DNA from: Chiloscyllium plagiosum
Taxonomy: Eukaryota
Length of the DNA: 64,000 bases
Reading direction: 5' to 3'
NCBI RefSeq assembly: GCF_004010195.1
Contig: NC_057718.1
Coordinates: 34,995,376 to 35,059,375, forward strand
Shown: positions 25,831 to 39,410 of the stretch, in pieces
How the letters are laid out: the number at the start of each line of letters is the position of its first letter
Numbering within the stretch: the first letter of the stretch is position 1
Made by a program: the position numbers and the translations under genes
The notes under the pieces: generated by a model
The model's database searches: none
The model's input: only the letters and a program-made list of their open reading frames with translations
Told to the model about the DNA's origin: nothing

Positions 25831-28324
25831 TATAAGGTTGAAACATGAGGCATGGATTTAAAAGGAGAAGTTCTACTTGCCAAATGTTAAGAGATAGTAC
25901 AGCTTACAGGAGGATCAATTCCGTATTTCCTAACATCCACAAAAAGAATTCCTCACATCAAGCCAGGAATTAGGGCAGCAGATAAAATTATTGACTTCAA
26001 ATATTGTGATGATACATCTTTAGTGGAAAGCATGGCCAAGAGCATGAACAATAAAGGGTAGTAGAGAGGGAAATCATGGTGTGTCTGGTTCAGCTGGAAG
26101 TTGCCTTCTACCAAATCCCATGAATTATATCTAAAATAAATTAGTACAGAAGAGTTGTGAGGAGTGGTTAGTGAAGTACATCTGGTGAAGTATGATGTGA
26201 AGTTTATTTCATTCTTAGAAATGAAGGAGGAATGTCCCAGATTTTTGTCTGTCTTTGCAGGAACAAATGTTACCACAGAGAGATTGACATACGGAATTGT
26301 ACCATTCAATTTTCCTCCTTATTTTGAATTTGAAGCATTGGTTGCTGACAAGTTAGTGCAGTTTGACAAAAGACCTGGGTGAGAGGGGAACAGACTTAAT
26401 GTGAAATGGTGTGGGTAACAGAATTTCAGACAAGTTGTAGTGTACAGAGGGCATAAGTTGAAAGGTGATTGAGGACAGAATTGGAACAACCAAGCTGGGA
26501 GATGAAAAAGCTTCAGTGGCAGTGAAGGAGCCACTGTAGGGTGGGTTTTGAAAATGGAAGTGGGTAGCTTCTGTAGTTTATAGGCAATGGGATTCGGAGC
26601 TCAGTCAAGGGTTAAGCAGGAGGTTGTGTGCTAGCAGGTTCAGTCTGGTTAAGAAAAATGCAAGTAACATCATTTAAGATCATACTTGGAGCATATAACA
26701 CACAAAAAAAGAGCTAAAAACACCATAACCTTCCTAATTTGCAGACAATCAAGACGGCACTGCATTACACAGCAAAAGATAGTTTGCACATTATTGGTAT
26801 CATGCAATTGGCAAACAGCTGGTCAAAAAACTTCAGAATGATTTTCAACCCTGCAATATGAAATCCTTATTCACATAACCATCGTGTTTTTTTGTATACA
26901 AAGCAGAGTCTCATGAAAATATTGAGCAGGCTGGCATTTTCTTTAATGTTTATTATTCTGACAGAGATTGTTTATCTTCTCTGTCACAATTGGACTGCGC
27001 AAGAACCTAGCACAACTCCACTCCCCCACCCCGCCAACCCACTGCAGTCTGCTCTTATCAGTGCAGATTATATCACAAAGCTAGTCCATAATTCCTCAAT
27101 GCTCTGTCAGCAAGCAGCACTGATATGATAAGGAAGAGTCAAGGCTGAACATTGGCACATCTCTCTGGTAAACTATAACATGAAGAACAGCTGAAAATAC
27201 CTTGGAAGGGAAAAAAATGAGTCATTTGATTTACGTGTCTGTTCAGAACGGTCTCAGCTTGCTGCGCAGATATAGATATATATAAAATTTGCATGCAGGT
27301 ATGGTTTTGGAAGTTTCTTTCAAAATATCATAAATATCTGTGAATTCTAGTGAGACATTGCTTTCTGAGTAACTTCATCTTATTTTAAAAATAAAAGGTT
27401 ACAATATCAAATTACTAATCACAACACAGCAGCTACTGACAATCAATCTAAATCATGGATGTCTTTAATAATGTTAGTAACTAACCCTGTCAGGATTGGT
27501 TCAATGATGGCCATTGAGCTCAGGTACTCATGTTGTTTCTTTATTTTACAGCGAGGATTACATTTTCACACTGAGAAGTTAATCTGAAGAAACTGATGGA
27601 ACAGAATTTCTCTATCCACAGATAGCTCGCCAAATAATTCAGGATTGCAGGACAAGAAAATTTCATGGATTATTTGCAATATTCAAATAGATATAGAGCA
27701 TTCTAATGATTGGCCTTTAGGACATGTGAAATGAACTATTTTAGTGCTAAAAATCACCAGGGCCAGGATATGATTAGGCCAATATTAGCTTCAAGAAACA
27801 GGTATGAAGTACCTGAACCAACTACTTGAAGTGAAATGATGTTTATTGGGGATAATTTGAGCAGGCCGCAGAGCTCTGAAGTCCCCTAGGATCCATCCAC
27901 ACATTTTCTGGATGAGCAAATGAAAAGTCACCTGGGGGATGAAAGTGTTGTGTGTGTGGGTGGGTTGTTTCAGTACTAAAGTGGTATGCTGTGAATGAGG
28001 ATAGACACCTTTCTGGTCTAACTAGAGTAAACAATAGGAAATTTATTGGCTTACTGTAACTATTTATAGATTACATGAATAGGGCCTACACAACAACAGA
28101 GAATGCTAAGAGGACACTGACCTCAGGCCGGTCCCATACCAGCTCCTCCTTTACTTTGGCCAAGTCACTGTGACATTCTGAAACATGTGTTCAAATCAAG
28201 TTCCTTTCAGAACCATGTATAACAGGTCCTCTGAAGTATTTTCCCTTCTAATATTAATTGTTATATATTTGTTTATATATTTCTAACTATCCCAACTCCC
28301 ACTAAGTTTTAGACATTATAAATT

Positions 28325-28450
28325 CAGGAGAAAGTGAAGACTGCAGATGTTGGAGATCAGAGTTGAGAGTGTGGTGCTGGAAAAGCACAGCAGATCAGGC
28401 AGCATCGAAGGGACATGAGAGTCAACGTTTCAGGCATAAGTCTTTCATCA
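28325..28450 (-). mobile_element. Penelope pLTR fragment
   Basis: ctgcagatgttggagatcagagttgagagtgtggtgctggaaaagcacagc; matches the reverse complement of 54770-54900. Confidence 0.8.
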
Positions 28451-28459
28451 TTAGTTTGT

Positions 28460-30680
28460 TGCATTGATAAGAGTTGACTTGGACTATCTTTCTGACAGTC
28501 TGAGGTATGTAATTCTCTTTCTCAGTTTCCCATTCAGTTCATTCCAATAAATAATCTGTGGAATACTCAACACTAATGGGATGAAATTCTAACAATTTCT
28601 TGGTTCAGCCTCTTGGCCTGTGTATTGATGGACAACCTCTGTTGGCCAAATTCTCCATAGAGCATCAAACCTTTTCTGTTCAAATCCATGATCTTCACCT
28701 GTTGGCCCCACTCCTAGCTCTTGCACTTTCATCACACAATGTTACTTATCGTAATATGTGGCTTGCTGTGTGTAATAGGATTGCTTTTTATCATGTTAGC
28801 TTGAGAAAAAGTTTCAGATCACATTCATCATGAAAATGTAAGTGTGAAACCAGTTTTGGATGCAAGGTAGGCTGCTAAGTGTTCTGCTTCTTGCAAATTA
28901 GTAGAACTGACAGTGCCAGACCACATTGGAGTAGATTGAATCTATAATACAATTCTAGAGCAGATTTACCATTCTAACCCCACATTCAGCCAACCTGTTA
29001 GAGTAGGGATATTACGGACGCTTGTAACATGCACACATTCCAGAACTGGATGCAATTGTGGCTGAAGCATTTATTCGCAAATCCATGGCACGAATACCAT
29101 GTGTTCCACATTACCGCATGAGATTTGGGTAACTCTCAAGTTCATTGTAGGTAATTTTTTAACTTCAAATTATCCAGAGAAATAATTGATGATGATGAGG
29201 TCTGATGTTCCATCAAAAACAAAGAAGTCCATCTCCACACATTCCGAAAATCTGATAGAGAATTTGGTCGGTGTTACCAATTCTCTTTGCTCTCTCCTGT
29301 TAATGATATATATCTGACAATTGGTACTGCATTCCTCAATGTCCCTGGAGATCCCAGAGCACATTGCCAACTGATTTCCACTGTCCATTGTGCAGCTCTC
29401 CAAATGTCCTTGAAAATAAAACTGGGGTGATCAGTCATTTTTCATGTCTGCCATCAAAAAAGGTAAATGATTCTTGTGATTGTTACAAGTTTACATGGCC
29501 ACATCAATGCAACTTTGTGGGCGGCACGGTGGCACAGTGGTTAGCACTGCTGCCTCACAGTGCCAGAGACCCGGGTTCAATTCCCGACTCAGGCGACTGA
29601 CTGTGTGGAGTTTGCACATTCTCCCCGTGTCTGCGTGGGTTTCCTCCGGGTGCTCCGGTTTCCTCCCACAGTCCAAAGATGTGCGGGTCAGGTGAATTGG
29701 CCATGCTAAATTGCCCATAGTGTTAGGTTAAAGGGGTAAATGTAGGGGTATGGGTGGGTTACGCTTCGGCGGGTCGGTGTGGACTTGTTGGGCCGAAGGG
29801 CCTGTTTCCACACTGTAAGTAATCTAATCTAATCTAATATCTAACCTTTAGCGTATGTTGAGGCATCCCTTATATCTCATTGATTCTTGTTGAATCTAGC
29901 TAAGCCGATTGTTACTTACTGTCCATTGTGCCACCAATGGATCACTTGTATGACTTGGGATGAATTCTACATCATGACTGGTAAAGCTGTGCAGAGTACA
30001 TTGGCCATCATCTACAATTTCCCCTGCATGTAGACTGCTTTGTAAGAGAATCTCATGAGGGAAAGTCAAAACCTTTCAATTTTTAGAGGCATTCCTGCAA
30101 GTTCCTTCTCATCTAATAGAAAAACTAAAGATTTGCGATCCTGCCAATGTCCATTTTCAGACGATGAATGTGGTCTGAAAATTTTTCTGAAGTTGACATA
30201 AAAGAGACAGCTTCTTTCTCAATCACCACATATCATTCTTCTTATTCAGATAATGCTCTTGATGCATGATAGGCTCACTTGCAACATCCATCCTGTTGTT
30301 CCTTGAACAATACTCTTCCTCAGCCTGCAGCTGAAGCATCGGCTACTGACATCATTGTAAATGAAAGAGTATAATTCCCTCACCATCTGTGTATATCAAC
30401 ATACCTTAAATCTTTTAAAAATCACCCTTTTGATTAATATTCCAATATCATACTTCTGATTTCTTGAGGAGTTATCTCTAAGGTTTGGGGTTAGGCCAAC
30501 ATTTTACAAACTGATTCACCACCTTCAAGAGTTTTTGAAAATCCTGACTGATTTTGGAATTGGGAATTCTGTGATGGCTTTAGTCTTCTGACAATCCACC
30601 ATTATGCCTTCACTGTTGATAATGTGGCCCAACAAACAAATTAATTCTTTGGAAGTTTGAATGTTTAAATCCAAAACATC
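28460..30680 (-). mobile_element. Decayed Ty3/Gypsy pol (RT end, RNase H, integrase), split by an HE1 SINE
   Basis: Minus-strand relics LGHIINSEGI (RT), ADAS and LLDEKELAGMP.KIERF (RNase H), GISRDIEECSTNCQ...MDFF...LIIINYFS (integrase), in Gypsy order. Confidence 0.85.
29518..29840 (+). mobile_element. Young full-length HE1-type SINE
   Basis: CpG-rich; tail gtaagtaatctaatctaatctaa. Confidence 0.95.
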
Positions 30681-31159
30681 ATTGTTTCTGTAGTCTCCTT
30701 ATTTAGCACTCTAGGATATCAGATCCATGTGATTTGTCAGTTTTCAGACCTATTATTTCTCCAATAATTTTTATATAACTTCTAATTTCTTCTGGTATGT
30801 CTACAATTGGGAAGACAGTAGAAAACTTGGGATGAAATTAGTCTGTGTGAAATGGACTTATGTGAATCAATGTTTGAGCTTTCATTGTCAGTCAATTGTG
30901 CTTTCTCTCACTTAATATGCCCAAGCAATGTCTTGAAGCTTAAATGATTGGCCTCCAACAGGTCAGTGTTCCTTCCAGCCAGTGGAGAGCTGTTCTGCTA
31001 ACTGTCATTGAATTCAATATTACCAGGTCTCCTCGAAACTACACAGTTAAATGTAACTTTGATGTCAAGAGCTGTCACCCTCACCTAATCTCCAGAATTC
31101 TGTTCTTTTGTCTGAATGGACTCAAGTTATCATGGCTTCTAGAACCAAGTGATCCTGAC

Positions 31160-31265
31160 GTAGCTGTGATGAAGAGTCACCAGACTCAAAACATTCATTT
31201 TGCTTTCTTCCCACAGACTTTGCTGACTTTCACCAGCTATTTCTTCTTGTTTTAGATTTCCAAAA
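31160..31265 (+). mobile_element. Decayed Penelope pLTR fragment with hammerhead remnant
   Basis: gtgatga-a-gagtc-acca-gactc-aaaacatt...ttttagatttcca. Confidence 0.6.
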
Positions 31266-32954
31266 CTTTTTTATAGCTAGAACACCCCCAATCCTCAGGC
31301 TTGCTAGTCTTCTTAGAGGTATAACCCTTCCTGTTAATCTGCATCCCCATCCAAACCCCCACCTCTCTCATCAGCCCTTCACCTCCACCATTTCAGAATT
31401 TGTCTTTTTGAACCATCCAGACTTTGATGATTTTTTCGTTCTCTAATTTATTGCTATTCACTGATGCACTATTATTGATACACCCTTAGTCATCTCCTGT
31501 CATACTGAGCGTGAGGGATTGGATGAGCACAATCCACAAACTAGCAGTCCTACTTAAGACTGCTAACATCACTTTGAGCATCCCAGAACAACTTGTACAT
31601 TGGAACCAATTACTTATTTTTCACTTAAACATAGATTTCTACTTCTTCCATACACTCAGTACCAACCTTCTGTGGAGTCTATGGCTTTGGATGCTGAAGG
31701 TATCTGAGAACCCTTGGGCTCTTCTTCAACCAGTTCCATTTTGTGTGCTATTGGACTGCATGTTGCACCATCAATTCCACTAAGCCTGCCTCCTTTACAG
31801 TTACAATCAGCTCATTGAAGTTCATACAGTAAAGCCATGAACTGTGGATGGAAATGGGTCGTTCTTCGTGTTTATATGGCTGGCCAGGCATGTCAGAATG
31901 CAACTCATCCTGACACAAAATAACTGGCATGAAACCGTAGTGAACATTTTCAGTATTTGTGTTCAAACTAGATTTACCCCATGGAGTTTGAATGATGTGC
32001 TGTGAAATGAGCCAAAGGACTTGATGCAGAGATCAAGCATTGTTCAGAGATGTTTTAAAGGTTAATCAATAATTGAAGTTAGTCTTAATTGCACCAACTA
32101 GCTTTGCAATGATAACTCCAAGCCTAGTTGTCCTTGGAGATTATCTTGATTATTGTCTGCATTGTTTCCATTTTATTTAAATAATAATCAGATTAAATTT
32201 AAAGACATTGAATACTATATTTCTTTTCAAATCAAGTTTGAACTGATTTATTTTACCCATGTGTGAGAGTAGATAGCTGGACATTACAAAATAACTCTGC
32301 TGATAATTGCATTTATTTAGCCATCTACATTTTAATCATTTAACATTTCATAATCTCAGGTTTTGGAAACAAAGACCTCGACTATAGTACTCCCTAACAT
32401 CTCAATGCTTTCCCAATCTCCTCTAATAACCAGAAATGCCTCATATCTGACATCAGTGCTTCAAACCGCTATGCCCACAACAATTGAGACAGTGTACAAA
32501 GTTAAAGCAATGACTAATTACTAAAGCTGTACAATCTTGTGAAAAGCAGTGACTAAGTAATTAAGTGGAAGCAGTCAAATTATTGTTTAAGAAACCCTTC
32601 CCATTCAGCCCATCACCTTCCTGCATAAGGTGACTGAATGTTAGAGTTTATGTTGGCTAACATGACATTTCTGATAAAATATCATTAAACTAAAACAACG
32701 GCATTAGATCCTCAATTGTCAGTGAGGGTGGGAAAGGCGGAGGGCACAATTTGAAAGACAGAAGGGCTGCATCTCAGTGGCACTGGAACACAATATAATT
32801 TTCAATAGGAGGTCAGAGTGGGAGATCAAAGAACCCATTTGCTTCCAATCAACAGCCACTAAGCACTTTGTGAGTGGACCAGGGAAAGTGAGAAGAGATG
32901 GAAATGTGTTGCTGGAAAAGCGCAGCAGGTCAGGCAGCATCTAGGGAACAGGAG

Positions 32955-32990
32955 AATCGACGTTTCAGGCATTAGCCCTTCTTCAGGAAT
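32955..32990 (-). ncRNA. Minimal hammerhead motif in the PLE 3' repeat
   Basis: AUUC-CUGAAGA-A-GGGC(UAAU)GCCU-GAAA-CGUC-GAUU, on the same strand as the RT. Confidence 0.6.
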
Positions 32991-33054
32991 GAGGAAAGTT
33001 TGTCCAGCAGGCTAAGATAAAAGATAGGGAGGAGGGACTTGGGGGAGGGGCGTC

Positions 33055-33685
33055 NNNNNNNNNNNNNNNNNNNNNNNNNNNNNNNNNNNNNNNNNNNNNN
33101 NNNNNNNNNNNNNNNNNNNNNNNNNNNNNNNNNNNNNNNNNNNNNNNNNNNNNNNNNNNNNNNNNNNNNNNNNNNNNNNNNNNNNNNNNNNNNNNNNNNN
33201 NNNNNNNNNNNNNNNNNNNNNNNNNNNNNNNNNNNNNNNNNNNNNNNNNNNNNNNNNNNNNNNNNNNNNNNNNNNNNNNNNNNNNNNNNNNNNNNNNNNN
33301 NNNNNNNNNNNNNNNNNNNNNNNNNNNNNNNNNNNNNNNNNNNNNNNNNNNNNNNNNNNNNNNNNNNNNNNNNNNNNNNNNNNNNNNNNNNNNNNNNNNN
33401 NNNNNNNNNNNNNNNNNNNNNNNNNNNNNNNNNNNNNNNNNNNNNNNNNNNNNNNNNNNNNNNNNNNNNNNNNNNNNNNNNNNNNNNNNNNNNNNNNNNN
33501 NNNNNNNNNNNNNNNNNNNNNNNNNNNNNNNNNNNNNNNNNNNNNNNNNNNNNNNNNNNNNNNNNNNNNNNNNNNNNNNNNNNNNNNNNNNNNNNNNNNN
33601 NNNNNNNNNNNNNNNNNNNNNNNNNNNNNNNNNNNNNNNNNNNNNNNNNNNNNNNNNNNNNNNNNNNNNNNNNNNNNNNNNNNNN
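33055..33685. other. Assembly gap (631 N)
   Basis: Run of N. Confidence 1.
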
Positions 33686-34694
33686 AGTGGGAGAGATGCG
33701 GTGGAGGGCATCGTCGACCACGTTGGGGGGGGAAATTGCGGTCCTTGAAGAAGGGGGCCATCTGTGTTGTACGTATTTTGAACTGGTCCTCCTGGGAGCA
33801 GATGCGGCGGAGTCGAAGGAATTGGGAGAATGGGATGGCGTTTTTGCAGGGGGCAGGATGGGAGGAGGTGTAGTCCAGGTAGCTGTGGGAGTCGGTCGGT
33901 TTGTAGTAGATGTCCGTGTTGATTCGGTCGCCTGAGATGGAAATAGAAAGGTCGAGGAAGGGGAGGGAGGAATCTGAGGTGAATTTGAGGTCGGGGTGGA
34001 AGGTGTTGGTGAAGTTGATGAACTGTTCCACCTCCTCGTGGGAGCACGAGGCGGCGCCGATACAGTCATCGATGTAGCGGAGGAAAAGGTGGGGGGTGGG
34101 GCCAGTGTAGTTGCGGAAGATGGATTGTTCCACATATCCTACGAAGAGGCAGGCATAGCTGGGGCCTATGCGGGTGCCCATGGCTACTCCTTTCGTTTGG
34201 AGGAAGTGGGAGGATTGGAAAGAGAAGTTGTTCAGTTGTTCAGGGAAAGTGAGAAGCCAATGTTAATTCAACAAAAGAGCCTGGTGGACATTATTGCGTA
34301 ACCATTGGGTTCATGTCGGCAGAAAATATTAATGACCCATTTCTGAGCCCATTATGGCTACCATGTGCCTTTTCCTCATGTTCTGAAGGCAGTTCCCATC
34401 TCTAGTAACTGGATGTTGAACTTCACTACTGTCCAAATTATAGCATTTGAAAAATGCATCATGGAACTGTGTCACGGCCCAGAAATTATCAAAAGTTTCA
34501 GGCCCGATGCTAAGTTGGAAATCAAACTTATTAACACTGCTTCTGTCTTCACAGATGCTGCTAGATTTGTTAAACGTCTCCAGCATGTTTTACTTTTACT
34601 TTCGATTTGCAGCAACCGCAGTACCGTATTTTGTCTTTGCCATCCATCATTTATACATAAATTGTAAATTGTAATGCATATCTCTGGAAGCAGA

Positions 34695-35031
34695 GACCAT
34701 AAGACCATAAGACATAGGAGCGGAAGTAAGGCCATTCGGCCCATCGAGTCCACTCCGCCATTCAATCATGGCTGATGGGCATTTCAACTCCACTTACCCG
34801 CATTCTCCCCGTAGCCCTTAATTCCTCGTGACATCAAAAATTTATCAATTTCTGCCTTGAAGACATTTAGCGTCCCAGCCTCCACTGCACTTTGTGGCAA
34901 TGAATCCCACAGGCCCACCACTCTCTGGCTGAAGTAATGTTTCCGCATTTCTGTTCTGAATTTACCCCCTCTAATTCTAAGGCTGTGTCCACGGGTCCCA
35001 GTCTCCTCGCCTAACGGAAACAATTTCCTAG
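34695..35031 (-). mobile_element. Young CR1 3' end, second subfamily (tcttatgg tail)
   Basis: KLFPLGEETGTRGHSLRIRG...FSQRVVGLWDSLP...GIKGYG; accataagaccataag. Confidence 0.9.
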
Positions 35032-35092
35032 CGTCATCATTTATAACCTGGTTTCCAAAAAAGGTGCAGCACACATGATCAAGTTCTGACAC

Positions 35093-35487
35093 TTAATCTG
35101 TCAACAAGTTGTTTCAGATTTTGACCTTTCCCTAACATCATTAGGGATTTGGTTGAGACTACAGAAGGATGGAGCTTGGGTGGCACAATGGATGTTATTA
35201 GCATAAATGAATTTGCAAGATATAGTTATTGACAGGCCATTTTATATGTATATATAAAATTTACATATGTGCACTGAATAATGTTGGGAGCTAGCATTGA
35301 CCCCAGTGGTAATCTGTTAGCCAGTGTCTTCCCCATGTATGTCAGCCTTGTCCAGAATGGACTTTAAATGGTCAGAGACTAATACAGCATACTGGGAAGG
35401 ACTCCAGATAGGACTTTGTCCTTCCAGGAGCATCTGAAAAAAGTATCAGGAAAGGTCAAAATCTGAAACAACTTGTTGACAGATTAA
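35093..35487. repeat. Perfect 39-bp inverted repeat with 317-bp spacer
   Basis: ttaatctgtcaacaagttgtttcagattttgacctttcc at 35093-35131; exact reverse complement at 35449-35487. Confidence 0.95.
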
Positions 35488-36659
35488 CCAAATTTGCTGA
35501 GTCTATCAGGCACTGTAGTGAAGGAATTCTGCCATCTTCACCTAGTGTGGGTTACATATGTCTCCACATCCATAGCTATGTGTTTGATGTTTAACAGATC
35601 CCCGAGCAACCAGAGATGAGTAATAAATGCTAGCCTAGCCGATGATGCCTGTATCATATAAACAAATTAAGAACAAACAACCCTCTGGATCTCAGCATTT
35701 GTCCTTTCATTCTCTACAACATAAGAATCCTGTCTGACAGAGTTCACCACAAGCAAACGCATCTTGTTAATGCTCAATTAAATGCAACAATGAGCATCTT
35801 AACTGAAACCCTCCATTGAACATCTCTGCCTTGGCTTCCTGTCCTCACAAGCATCATTCTCCACATATCTACCAACTGACAACAACCCACAAACTGGTTG
35901 GAACTATCGGTAATGCACCACACTTATCTTTCCAGAGTCAAATTCCATCCACCTTCTGCTTGCCTTTTATCTCAGTGCTTCAGATGAAGCAACCCTCCTG
36001 AGCAAGATCCACCAACAGACATCCTTTCGATCAAGGAATGGGAAATATGGAAGTCCTTAACAAGTTCCTTGTGATAAATCCTATCTGTCAAATGGCAGTC
36101 TTTGAACTTCCATGGCAAGATAATCCTCGCTAAAGTTAACAATAAGCCAAGGGGCCCTGCACAGCCAACCTCCACCTCTGGGGGTTGGAGTACAAATCCC
36201 TTAAGTACTTGTAAGACACAATAATGCTTAATACCTGATTAAGGAATATCCTCTCTCCAGACTATATGTACTTACTGTATTTTCTTAAAATGCTAACGTC
36301 AGAAAACAAAATAAGCATTCGATATATATATAAATGAATTATCCTGGATCTGTGCTTAAATTAATTAATTTCTATGTCATAAATAGTTGAGTCTATGATC
36401 ACAAAATATACCTAATGTGATCGATTTGCTTGATCTTGAATCCCTTCCAAATATAAAAGGATATCAAATACAGATTAAACAGGAAAACTTTTTATAGGGT
36501 TAATATGTTAAAGATGTCATTCTAATATCGACAGGGTCAGACAGATATCTTCAAAATATGCCAATGAAAAATCTAAAAGATATTGTTGGGTTTAAATCCC
36601 AGTTATGGATTTAAATAAAATGCACAAGAATATTCCAAACCATTCCTGATAATTCCTTA

Positions 36660-38250
36660 ACGAAAACAAAAACTCAGCAGCTCTGGCAGCATCTGTGAAG
36701 AGAAAGCAGAGTTGACATTTCAGGTCCTGTGACTCTTCCTGAAGACACTGATCACTTGGATGTAAATGCTCATGGGATGGAAAGTGTGGGATGCCTATCA
36801 TTGTTGGAGGAAAAAGAAGGGATGAGGACAGAACTTGGGAAATGGGTCAGACACAGTTGAGGGCCCTGTCAACCATATTGGTAGGGAATCCTGGGTTGAG
36901 GAAAGCGGTGGACATTTTTGATGCCCTCCCCCAATGTGGAAGGTGGCATCATCAAAACAGATAGAGAAACTAGAAGAATGGAATGGAGTCTTCACAGGAA
37001 ATGGGCTGTGAGGATGTATGGTCAAGGTAACTGTGGGAGTTGGTGGGTTCGCAGTGGATATTGGTGGCCAGCCCATCCTCAGAAATGGAAGCAGATTCAA
37101 GAGACAGCAGAAAACAGCCAGAGATGAATCAGGTGAAGGTGAGTGAGAGGTGGAAATTGGAAGCAAAACCTTACCAATTCCGAATGAGGGAGGGAAGCAA
37201 CACCAATGATGTCATCGATATATTAGAGAAAGAATTGTGGCCGGAGACCCAAGTAGAATTGGAACAAGGAGTGTTCCCCACAAAGAGACAGACATCACTG
37301 GGGTCCATACCGGTACCCATGGCAACCCCTTTGGACTGAAGGAAGTGAGAGGATTTAAAGTTCAAAGTGAGGACAAGCTCCACCAGGTGGATAACCATGG
37401 TGGTGGGTGGAGACAGTTGAGGCCTTTTCTCCAAGAGGAAGTGTAGAGACCTGAAAGCACCCTGAAAAGGGATGAATGTGTAAAGGGATTGCACATCCAT
37501 GGTGAAGAGGAGGTGGCTGGAGACCACAAACTGGAAATACTGAAACTTACGTAAAGCATCAGACGAATCGTGGAAGTAAGTGAAAAGGGACTGGACAAGG
37601 GGAAAAAAATTGAGTTGAGATAGAATGAAATAAGATCTGTGTGGCAGGAGCCGACAGAAACAATGGGTCTGCTCGAGTAGTCCTGCTTGTAGATTTTGGG
37701 AAGGAGATAGAAGTGGGCTGAGAGGGGTTGGGAGAGTTTGGGCTGGTATGTTGTTGTGGATAGATCCCTAGATGAAATGAGATTATTGAATGTTGTGGAC
37801 ACAACAGCTTGGTTTTCAATTGTGGCCCAGGGGAGATAGGAGGAGGCATCTGAGAGCTGGCGCGCAGCCTCTGCAAAAGAGAGATCAGTACGCCGGACAA
37901 CTACAACACCTTTATCAGCAGGCTTAATTATAAAATGATGGGGTTGGATCTGAGAGCACAAAGTGCAGTCAGTTCAGAGGGAGATGGGTTCAAATGGGTG
38001 GGGGTGTGCAGAGAAACTAAGGCCATCGATGTGACAAGTCGAGAGCAGGTAAGGGCCCAGAGAGAGACATCTAGATGGAGAGAAAGTATTGGAGATGCGT
38101 GAAGGTGTCTGTGGATGGGGAGAAGACTCTTGCCCAACGAAATGGATTCAGTGGTGGAGGCAACGGCAGAAAAATTCAATGTCATGTTGTTCCCGAACTT
38201 CATTGAGGTGGGGGCACACAGGGATAAAATGAAGACCTTTGCTGAGTATG
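36660..38250 (-). mobile_element. Older decayed Penelope-like element (N-terminal region, RT, pLTR)
   Basis: IIKPADKG..VV, FYLLPKIYK...RPIVS, LFTMDVQSLYTFIP, KGVAMGT; pLTR at 36660-36750. Confidence 0.9.
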
Positions 38251-39194
38251 ATAATTCTAAATTGCCACATAGTATAATTGTTTGAAAATCTACATGCCCA
38301 CTGCATCAGTCTGTGTAGCAGTGTGTCACTTAAGTATGCTTATGTCTGTGTCCCCAGCAACTCTCAGAATTGTTCACGGAATGACAGACCTACTACTGTT
38401 CCAGGTAACAAGTGTAATTGTTTCAGGTTTGCGGATGTTGGTCCTGGATCCACCTTACCCACTGTGTGGTTGGAACATCTGTCTACATTGCAGTTATATC
38501 CCAGGTGACTGTGTGTTTTGTGGTAGTCTGCAGTCTGCACTCGCTGAGTCACTGCAGAATGTCATTTCTTATCTCGGTGTTGAATGAGGAGATGAAAATA
38601 CAGGATTTCTTAAAGACATGAAACTAAAGTTAGAGCTATCTATTGGAGCTTATGGAAGTATGTGGTTTGCATTTTAACTGCTGTATGTGTGTTTTTAAAG
38701 TTCTATAGCACATGCTATCACACTTCAGGTGCCACAATTTGTCGCATGCAAGTCACTGTGTTGTGCTTAAAGCTAGAGAACAAAAGCCAATCATTTCAAA
38801 TCCATTTCGCATACAACAAAAAATGACCTGTAATTGAGATCAGGACATTCGAGTTACATGAAGAAGACCACTGACCTTAACAAATTTTTCTTTTAGCGTA
38901 TGGGTAATAAATCGTGCATTAGACTGTATAATGTTGCCCAGTAAATTTTGCATCAATTTGTTGCTGGAGGATCAAGGCACCCAATACTTCAGGTTGTAAT
39001 ATTCCTTAACAAAATCAACTGTGTTAGAAATTCTTGAACATTATTTGGAGATCATGTGCATTGTACAGTCAAACAAAACTGTCTGTTTTGTCTTATCTTC
39101 CATCTTTCTATGAGGAATTGCAAATGCAAATAGAAATAATCCACACTGTTATGGTATGCCTGATTTGTCAATTCAACATTAGAGATGAGACCAA

Positions 39195-39410
39195 AGGGCT
39201 TTGAAACAGGAGGAAGCTATTCAGTCCTTTGAGCCAACTCCACCATTTGATAAAATCATGGCTAATATGATGGTGGTCTCATCTCCACTGTTTTGTCTGC
39301 ATACCATCCCACATCGACACCCCTAGCCCTTGACTTCTTTGTTTATCAAAAATCTATTCAACTCTGATTTGAATAAATCCAATGATTTAGCATCTATTGC
39401 TTTGTAAAGT
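39195..39410 (-). mobile_element. Decayed CR1 3' end
   Basis: aacaggaggaagctattcagtcctttgagcc...aatcatggct...aaaaatctattcaactctg. Confidence 0.55.

Larger units (their letters stand above)
32896..34240 (-). mobile_element. Young 5'-truncated Penelope-like element (RT) spanning the gap, with 16-bp TSD
   Basis: AMGTRIGPSYACLF...FLRYIDD...LPFLD...YYKPTDSHSYL; CpG-rich; cagggaaagtgagaag at 32880-32895 and 34241-34256. Confidence 0.93.

Noticed and set aside
27552..27690. Candidate acceptor ttattttacag and peptide EETDGTEFLYPQIARQIIQ
   Set aside because: Frame is bounded by stops, no donor found, no homology recognised.
27975..28290. Possible LTR of the neighbouring Gypsy relic
   Set aside because: No partner LTR, polypurine tract or TSD could be pinned down.
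32972..34135. 298-389 aa ORFs in several frames
   Set aside because: Lengths are inflated by the N gap; only the PLE RT frame starting near 34181 on the minus strand is meaningful.
38427..38504. 78-nt candidate exon (tttcag|...|gtgact), open in three frames
   Set aside because: Weak splice signals, no recognisable peptide and no partner exons.
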